A stretch of DNA of 64,000 nt from assembly GCA_951406725.2 (NCBI GenBank), contig OX597828.1:56172001-56236000 (forward strand). Direction: 5' to 3'. Of this stretch, positions 55,266 to 64,000 are shown piece by piece. The DNA comes from Octopus vulgaris. Lineage: Eukaryota. Numbering within the stretch: position 1 is the stretch's first letter; each line of letters starts with the position of its first letter. The position numbers and the translations under genes are program-made. The notes below the pieces were generated by a model that was not told the origin of the DNA, did not search any database, and worked only from the letters and a program-made list of their open reading frames with translations.

Positions 55266-57146
55266 ATCATATATTTATATACACACACGTATCACATATC
55301 TGTGCGTGCGCGTGTGCTTGTACGTATGCGGTTGTCTTCGTGGTCGTGGTTCTTCATTCCTATCGCTTCAAATTGGGTCTTCTTTTCTTATTTATATCCT
55401 TGTAACATAACACTTGGTCAACAGATATTGCTAGAAAAAGAACCTGTCATAAGAAAAGAATGTACTGAGGTCTATGGGTGATGTACCGTACCGAAATATA
55501 TCTATTTATCCACATACAAACATACGCACACACGCACACACACTAACTTATACACACACACAGACACAGAGATTTATGACAAATTCAAATTAAGATTACT
55601 AACCTATGAGAACATCATCTCTGTCTGATCATATCTGAACGAAATTTGTGAATGGAATGAACAAGGCTTCATTTTTATTTTTCATCTGAAAGCACAAGCA
55701 CATTCCAGTACGCCTGAAAAATTATATACCATTTAAAGCGACGTTCTAATATTTCTAAGAGAACGAACAATGTAAATTGCAAACAATGCTACTCTGCCAC
55801 TATTTGATCGAACATAATTACAACGATTCTAGTATAGAGTACTTTGTTTTATAAATATATATCTACTGTACTGTCTTAATAAAATAGATGCTTTGTAATT
55901 TATTCTATTTCAAGATTTCTGTTATTATCCAAATGAAGATGAATTCTTTTCACCAGAAGCATTGAAAACGTTATATTTCATGTTAAACTTATATATAGTC
56001 ATAATTTCTCTGGCTTGTTTTAATTAGCGGTTCATGACAGAGTAATGCAGATTGGACAGACAGTATATAAATAAACACCGAGGCATTTACATACAATTAA
56101 CACATAATTCACATCTAAATCCACACTCTTACATTTACGGATACACATACACTTCAAATAGCGTCACACAAGCACGCAAAAAGATCAAACATACACGATG
56201 TGTGAGAATAGTGAAAAAGAAACTGTTTTCATTTCATGCAAATTTGTAATTATAAATGTTTGTATTTTGACAGTTTGAATCTAATTAACACCGTTGTATC
56301 TTATATGGAGATGGTGTCCTAGTGTTGAGTAAGGTTTTGAGAGTCATAAGTACCTTTTAATTATATTGGACTAACCTTATAAATATACACGACTGATATT
56401 TTATTCTTAGATTCCTTGGCACAATAAGGATGTAATTTTAAGCAGTATATATTTGTTATTTCCCATTCAACAAGACTGATATTTGAGAAGATTTCTGTTT
56501 CTTACTAGACACATACTTTCAAATCTGAAAGAAGATTTTAAGATCCAGAGCAATAGTTATTGTTGTCGCTGTTTGTATTTATTATGCTAAGATTTTATAA
56601 ATTTCTTTTTCAGTCTTGTCAGTAAAAGAAGTCTTCAAATGAACTCAATTAGACAATACGAATGCATTTCCCTAATAAGATGCCACCATAGTTATTTAGC
56701 AAGAAAAGAAAATATTGTTTGACCACAATGATAAAAGAATGCTGAGTTGGAGATCTAGTTAACCCTTGTTTACAATATCTACTTATAATCGTCGTGTTGT
56801 TACTACAATGTCGATTCATATGGGTTACTATGTCCTATTACAGATGGCATCTGTCTATTTTTAAGATAACGAAACTGACACATTGTTATTGTACGTACAT
56901 ACATAGATACATAGAGTATGTATACACACACACCTACACACGCGCACACCTACACACTTACACATCTAGGCACAGGAACAAACATATACATGTGAATTTA
57001 TGTATAAAATATATACAGATATTTTCTAAGTACTTATGCATGTATGAAGTGATGCTTATATATTTGGCTGTATATACATATATGCATACATAAATACATA
57101 CACACACGCTCACACACACAAATAGACACATACATTCTCATATATA

Positions 57147-57206
<60 letters not shown>

Positions 57207-57208
<2 letters not shown>

Positions 57209-57521
57209 GTTGTGTCTGGTGAGAGTAATTTTCTTTTTGTGCCTTAAAATGTAACCCACTCACCGGTAAAATTTCCACTTTTTCCTTATCTTTATTTTCC
57301 TAAAAGTTTCCTAAAATTTTCAATAGTCAAAACTATTGAAAAGGTTGCAAGACGCAACGAAAGTTTTAGGAAGATAAAAATAAGAACAAAGTGGAAATTT
57401 TACCGGTGAGTGTGTTACATTATAAGGCACAAAAAGAAATTGACTCTCCCCGAGACACAACAGAATATGCTTCAACACACAAACTCATATATAGAATCTT
57501 GCAAACCAAATCCAAAAACGA

Positions 57522-57525
<4 letters not shown>
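57207..57525. mobile_element. Asymmetric fold-back element between (TA)n tracts (partial third copy at 58095-58235)
   Basis: GTTGTGTCT..GAGAGT.ATTT.CTTTTTGTGCCTTA.AATGTAAC.CACTCACCGGTAAAATTTCCACTTT is inverted at 57388-57461. Centre AATAGTC-AAA-ACTATT. Confidence 0.9.
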
Positions 57526-57588
<63 letters not shown>

Positions 57589-58507
57589 TTGTAAATATGT
57601 ACTTAAAGATATATGCGCATCTAAAATCAGGCAAGCTCAAGAAGCATAAAATTTCGAATTTTCCTCCAAGGGATGTACATGCCACAAAAAATTTATTAAA
57701 AATTCACACTAATAGACATTTCTACTTCAAGAATATCATCGCATATTGTTATAGCAACAGCACGTCTCTTCTGGAATTTTAGAGCAGTTGCTAATGACAC
57801 ATAATATATTTTCGAAGATAAAAATTGCATAATGACAAATTTGATATATTTCAGTTTCTTGCTGGGACGTGCAGTATGTATATGTATACATCCATCCATT
57901 CTGCCATCCATCCATCCTTCCATCAAAGAAACAGAAGGAACATAGCTCTGAAAAAGGCTATTGAAGAGGTGGCAAGACGCTAAGAAAGTTTTAGTAGAAT
58001 ATGGAGGTCTATTTTTGTAGTCATATTGTCTCAAATAAATGTTTAGTCTCTCTGCAATGCTTCCAGATGTCTCACCTGTGTATAACTTGTTCTAGTCTTT
58101 GCAAGACGCAACAATAATTTTAGAAAGGAGAAATACATAAATGAGTGGAAATCAAATCCGGTGAGTGTGTTACGCAATGCCATAAACATTGAGAGACTCT
58201 TCCCAGACACAATAGAATATGCTTCAACACACAAATTGGAACCTCTTGCGCTATCGCAGGATCAATCCTTAATCAGTGTGGTGCCTTTCATTAGTTCCTG
58301 TAAAATTCTTCGCTGGGTTAAGACAAAAAAAATGGACGAGCAGTGTTTAGTAGAGTAAGTTACATCTGGAATAACCCAAGGTGACAACTCAAATTATTAA
58401 ATACTCAGATTACTAAATGTATAGTAATCATATACGAAACTTACAATAATGTAGGGGACATAAAAATTCTTCTCTTAAAATTACGGAGTACAACTCGTAT
58501 ACACACT

Positions 58508-58568
<61 letters not shown>

Positions 58569-58964
58569 ACATACACACATGATCACAAATACATAGACAT
58601 ACATCATCAAATTTTAAAATTGTTGGAAAAGTTATTCGGACTTTTCCAATGCGATTGTGCAAAATAAGAAAGCCTATAAAAAATATAGAAAAGTTTTGGA
58701 TTCATAAAGTAACGTTATGTATTGCAGTTTTATGCAGAATTGAGGCTTACCATAAGAAAGTCTGCTGTGAATTCTTAACAGCTGGAAATATATATACATT
58801 TTTTTTACTATCTCTGTCGCGAATTGCTTCTTTCAATTTATATGTATGTGTCCGTTCATATGTATGCATACATGTATGCATGCATGTATATATTGCATGT
58901 ATGTATATATGTATGTGTTAGATATACATATATACATATATATAAATATAGGTTTATATATACA

Positions 58965-59002
<38 letters not shown>

Positions 59003-59005
59003 AGT

Positions 59006-59042
<37 letters not shown>

Positions 59043-59512
59043 TGTATACATATATATATGTAAAACTTTATATGAATATGCAATATGTATATATCGATGA
59101 ATATGGGTGTGTATGTGGTGTGTGTGTGTGTGTGTGTGTGCGCAAGGACGTGTGCGTGTGAATATATTTGTGAATACGAATATATTTGTTACTGCGTGTC
59201 CATTCATAGAGATGACGAAATAAAAATATGAAAATCAGCAAGAAGGTTTATGCAACTGAATCTACACATATTTCCCCGTCTCCCTCTATTTATACAAATA
59301 AACCATTGCATTTTTATGTATCCTATCGTCACAAATAATCACCCACACAATCCCCATGCCTCTATATATATGTTGGCATGTACAAATCTTACAAATTGTA
59401 TAATTGAAGCATATATATATATACAGAGAGAGAGAGAGGGAGAAAGATGGATAGATAGATAGATATAGATATAGATATATACACGCACATAAATATATAT
59501 ATATATATATAT

Positions 59513-59577
<65 letters not shown>

Positions 59578-59936
59578 GTCAAAATATATATATATCGTCA
59601 TATATATGTATGTACGTATGTATGTGTGTATGTACGTATTCATACGCCTGGTTCATGTATGTATGTATTATGTATTATGTATGTATGTATATGTATATAT
59701 GTATGTGTGGTATAAGCACGCACATACACTTATAAAACATAAATATAAACCGTAGGATGGATGGATGTAAGTGACCACTCATACAACGTATCAAATTTCA
59801 CCCCTACGCCGAGGCTAGAAAGTGAATTTATGACGCTTGCTCACAAGAACTATACCCTAAATCTATTATCAGATTTTTATCTCTATATCACACATGCATT
59901 TCTATACATTCATATGTATATACTTATGTTCATATA

Positions 59937-60322
59937 TCTCTCTCTATATAAACGGCAGTTTGTCTGTGCGTGTTTCTGCGTGTCTGTTTTCTCGTACCCT
60001 CACCCTGACCACGGCTTTCAACCGATTCTGATGAAACTTGACACACACATAGCCCAATGTCATAATTCAAAACTAACGCAGCGAAAATTTTGAAAAGTTC
60101 CCCCAGTTCTGAAAAAAAATCGATAAATTCGACATGGGGTCGAGAATCAGGAATACGAACCACAAACTGTCTAGGGGACGCAACTCTACCTTTTTTTAAA
60201 TCTCAAAAAAAAATTTACCATCATTTTTTCCATTTTTTTGCTATTTTTTGGCTATAACTCTCTAAAAATGCTTTATAGTTATTTCCCTTACAAACCTGAG
60301 CAACGCCGGGCGATACTGCTAG
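59937..60322 (+). mobile_element. Non-autonomous Helitron
   Basis: A|TCTCTCTCTATATAAA 5' end, subterminal hairpin CCTGAGCAACGCCGGG, CTAG|T 3' end. Inserted between A and T with no TSD. Confidence 0.9.
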
Positions 60323-60505
60323 TAGATAGATAAAAATATGTGAAAATTATTGAAGAAGCGTAGGAAATATTTTTTCCCTCTGGGATAAACCCCAAAAAAG
60401 TAACATCCATTTTAAAGCAAATATAATTTGTGTTTGTTAAGCAATCTGCTGTTTTTCCCGCTGTTACACGACATTGATCCATAAGTTTTCCATATCTATA
60501 ACGCC

Positions 60506-60713
<208 letters not shown>

Positions 60714-61179
60714 TATATCCGAATCTTTACTCTTTGCTTCTTTTTTTTTTTATTTTGTTGCGAGGATGATTTTGCTGCATCACATAGGAATTTTCGAAAT
60801 ATATGCGTAGACGTCATTTTATTGACATTGCGCAAGAGTTTTTAATTTTGAAGATTTTTATGCATACATGCATACATAAAGACATTCATACATACATACA
60901 TACATACATACATACATACGTACATACTACGGACATAGGTTCTTATGTATAGAATATATCACGATAATGAGACGGAAAATATCGAATTTTTATATTCCTG
61001 TGAATTGTACTGCACCCTTCGATGCTGCATCATGTTGTATAGAATATACAAATGATTCATAAGAAAAAACTGATTCCGCGCACACACATACATTCACACT
61101 CACACACACACAGTCACAAACTTACACAATCACACTCACACACAAACATACATATCTATATAGTTATATAATTATTTTT

Positions 61180-61438
61180 TTATTCTCTCATTCCTTCACT
61201 TCTTTCAGTCATTTCCCTGCAGCCATACTGGAGTACCACTTTGATGCATTTTTATTCGAACAATTCGAACCTAGGACATGTTTTTTGTTGTTGTTTTAAG
61301 CCTTCTTCATGTGGTCCCTTCTGACGAATACGAAGTACGGGGACGTAAATTCGCCATTATAAATTGTCAAGCGGTAAAGGGTGGACAAGCACACATTCAT
61401 ACAAACACACACAAACACACACACACACACACACATAC

Positions 61439-61445
<7 letters not shown>
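61180..61445 (-). mobile_element. SINE family B, 3' half, decayed
   Basis: TTTCAGTCATTTCCCTGCAGCCATACTGGAGTACCAC tail, CGGGGACGTAAA and TTGTCAAGCG. Confidence 0.7.
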
Positions 61446-61488
<43 letters not shown>

Positions 61489-61701
61489 CAAAATGAGACA
61501 AGAACGCAAAATAGCCAAATAGTAATGTGCTACAAAAAAGGGACAGCAGCACATCCAGCTACACGATCAAAGAATATAAAGACGGGTCATTCTGAGTTTT
61601 CATTCCTCAGTCGAGTTCTAGATTATCTTTGAAATTCAATTTCGGTTGGTTATACTCGAGATTGCACCAACTCACATATACGTATATACTTATATACATA
61701 T

Positions 61702-61769
<68 letters not shown>

Positions 61770-61773
<4 letters not shown>

Positions 61774-62003
61774 CGTCTCATGTTTGATCTTTAACTTCTG
61801 GCCGAAATCAGATCGCCATGTTGATTCGTTAGTTACTGCACGCATTTTTTTCTCTCCTTCTTTCTGTTTTTTTCTCTCTGTGTATCTTTCTGTTGAAGAG
61901 CGTAGGCTTGTTATATTTATATTTCCTGAGCGCCATATTAATACAATTGTTTGTTTGTTTTCCACCTGCCTTTTTTTTGTCTATTTTCATAAAGCTTCCC
62001 GTT
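61770..62003 (+). mobile_element. TA-flanked pLTR-like fragment with a half hammerhead
   Basis: Embedded in (TA)n on both sides. CTTTCTG-TTGAAGA-GC(GTAG)GC at ~61886-61907 lacks the GAAA half. Confidence 0.45.
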
Positions 62004-62006
62004 ATA

Positions 62007-62049
<43 letters not shown>

Positions 62050-62189
62050 GTATATATATATGTGTGTGTTTGTGTGTGTGCATGTGTGTGTATGTTTGTA
62101 TGTAGGTATACTGCAGGTTTTAGACTTCGGTCCTGTATTGATTTCTATTTTTCTGGTTATATTTATGTATATGTATACATATATATAAG

Positions 62190-62880
62190 CATACAAAAGC
62201 GAGGTGATTGAAATGTGCTTGGCACCAATATGGAATAGAATAGTCTATGCTTGACGAGGAAGCAGAAGCGCCACTGTCGATGCATAGTTTGCAAATGAAG
62301 AAACAGCCAAAGAGTTGTCCACACGAACACTCAAACACGACGAGATGATCATACTACCTACTTACCTAGGGAGAAGGAGGGCAAAAATAACGGTCGATGA
62401 AATGCAGCCGGACTTCAAGTCAAGTGGATAGCGGCAGCAATCACGTATGACGTTGAAGAAATGATGGCAATCCTTCAAATGAATAAAACGTGTGGCAGAA
62501 AATTTGAAGGGGTAAACCATTGAGATTATTGTTTAGGCTTCTTCGGAAATTTTGGGAGGATTGCCCAATATGATTTTCTTAGGGGAGAGGCTAAGTGTGA
62601 GAGTGGCGGTCGAGGGACGTAGGTCCCCGCTGTTTTTAAATGCGGCGAGAAGGGCCACGTCCGCTCAGAGTGCAAACAGAAAACGGTAAAAAAATTGGAT
62701 GAAGCCCCCCCCCCGAAAAAGAAAACGAACCCGAAAAAGGAAAAGGTAAGAAGTGAAAAGAAAAACAATGAATAAAAAAAAAACAGCAGAGGAAACAATG
62801 AAACAAGAAGAAAAGACACAAGAATGCGCAGAAGAAGGGATGGATTTATTTACAAGAAGAAAACACCCATGACCCACACT
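62190..62880 (+). mobile_element. Decayed non-LTR retrotransposon ORF1 (Gag-like CCHC knuckle), probably L1/Tx1 type
   Basis: Plus strand with stops and frameshifts: FANEETAKELST..IILPTYLGRRRAKITV..VAVEGRR-(P)RC-FKCGEKGHVRSEC, followed by a K/E-rich tract. Confidence 0.75.
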
Positions 62881-63094
62881 ACCGAAAGTAACATAAGGAT
62901 GAGGCTAGCTGGACACTGCATGAGACATACTGATGAAAATGCAAACATTTGTTTCATATGAAACCAATGGTAACCTTAATTCACAAAGAAATTACATATC
63001 CACTAATGCGATGGTGATCACTCATTTAATCGTTGAATATTTACACACACAAACACACACACACACACACCCAAACACACACACATACACACAC

Positions 63095-63139
<45 letters not shown>

Positions 63140-64000
63140 CATATTTCTTGTAAATCTTTGCAAAATGTCACCAGAGATATAGTATTTTAACATCCTTGCC
63201 TCAGATTGGATAGGGGTTCTATAGAAACGAAGATGTTTAAAAGCACAAAAGTAATTCCACGCAGGTGCATAGAGTAAGGCAATTATAGAAAGCCATAAAT
63301 TATTAATATTTTATAGATAAAAACCTTCCCATTAATCTTACCCTTTATCGTTTTATATTTTTATAAATGACAAGTATACATGGCATCTAAGCTAAGGATT
63401 GGAAAATTGCTTTCAAATTCAGTGAGTATATTTATTGATAACTACTTGAAGACTAATATTGTTTTTAACTAATTCCTAATTTATCAACGAAAACAGCATC
63501 TTGGGATATTATTTATCAAAATATCTATAGAATAATTTCAATAAAATGTATATAATAAATAATAATATTCAAAATGAAACGCTCTAACATTATTATTTGA
63601 ATTGAAACAATGGAGTTCCACTTTGCTGTTAGATACCATTCTACATCTATTTAAGGAGTATTCAAATAATTAATAGAAGAAAGATGTAGCAATGTTGTTT
63701 TCGAAAGGAAAATATAACATACGTTTTCTTTAAGTAAAAAGATAAAACACAGGCTGATTTCAATTTGTACGGGGAATAAAACAATTGAAGCGATAACATG
63801 TTGCTTACAGCAGAATAAGGTGCAGTGGAAACAATGTTAAGATGTAACTCAATTTTCCCAATCAATGTTATAGTATTTGTGTTAAAACAATAAACAATAT
63901 TCCCTTTTATGAATAAGTAATTCTGGAACCTATTTTTGGAAGCAAATCTACAATTCTTTTAAAGATATGTATTTTGGGCATTGAAAGTTTGTATCAGAAT

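Noticed and set aside
56758-56900. TTAACCCTTG possible piggyBac-type terminus
   Set aside because: No matching opposite terminus was found.
60020-60045. CTGATGAAAC inside the Helitron
   Set aside because: Overlapping core strings with no stems; part of the Helitron body, not a hammerhead.

Overview
Eukaryotic, very AT-rich, microsatellite-saturated genomic DNA. The SINE, LINE and transposon repertoire and the (TA)n/(CA)n/(TATC)n/(TAA)n density point to an octopod cephalopod (inference, not a database match). No intact host gene is confidently recognisable, and most supplied ORFs are microsatellite artefacts. The window holds two 5'-truncated R4/Dong-type non-LTR elements, each embedded in (TAA)n, plus CR1-, L1/Tx1- and RTE-type LINE fragments (two with clear TSDs). 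It also holds a near full-length irritans-type mariner with TIRs and TA TSD, several decayed mariner/maT and piggyBac remnants, a non-autonomous Helitron, three tRNA-derived SINE families and a Penelope-like GIY-YIG fragment. The most notable signal is a recurring architecture: seven non-coding fold-back (palindromic) elements from about six unrelated sequence families, mostly sitting in or next to (TA)n tracts. Each carries a type-I hammerhead-ribozyme-like motif, pointing outward, usually in both arms. One motif is fully canonical (42840-42921, minus), and one palindrome is near perfect with about 212-bp arms and a 1-nt loop. These look like tail-out inverted Penelope pseudo-LTR / retrozyme-like elements. 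Two apparent SINE-LINE shared 3' tails, a diverged ~500-bp local duplication and a weak candidate multi-exon minus-strand gene are also noted.
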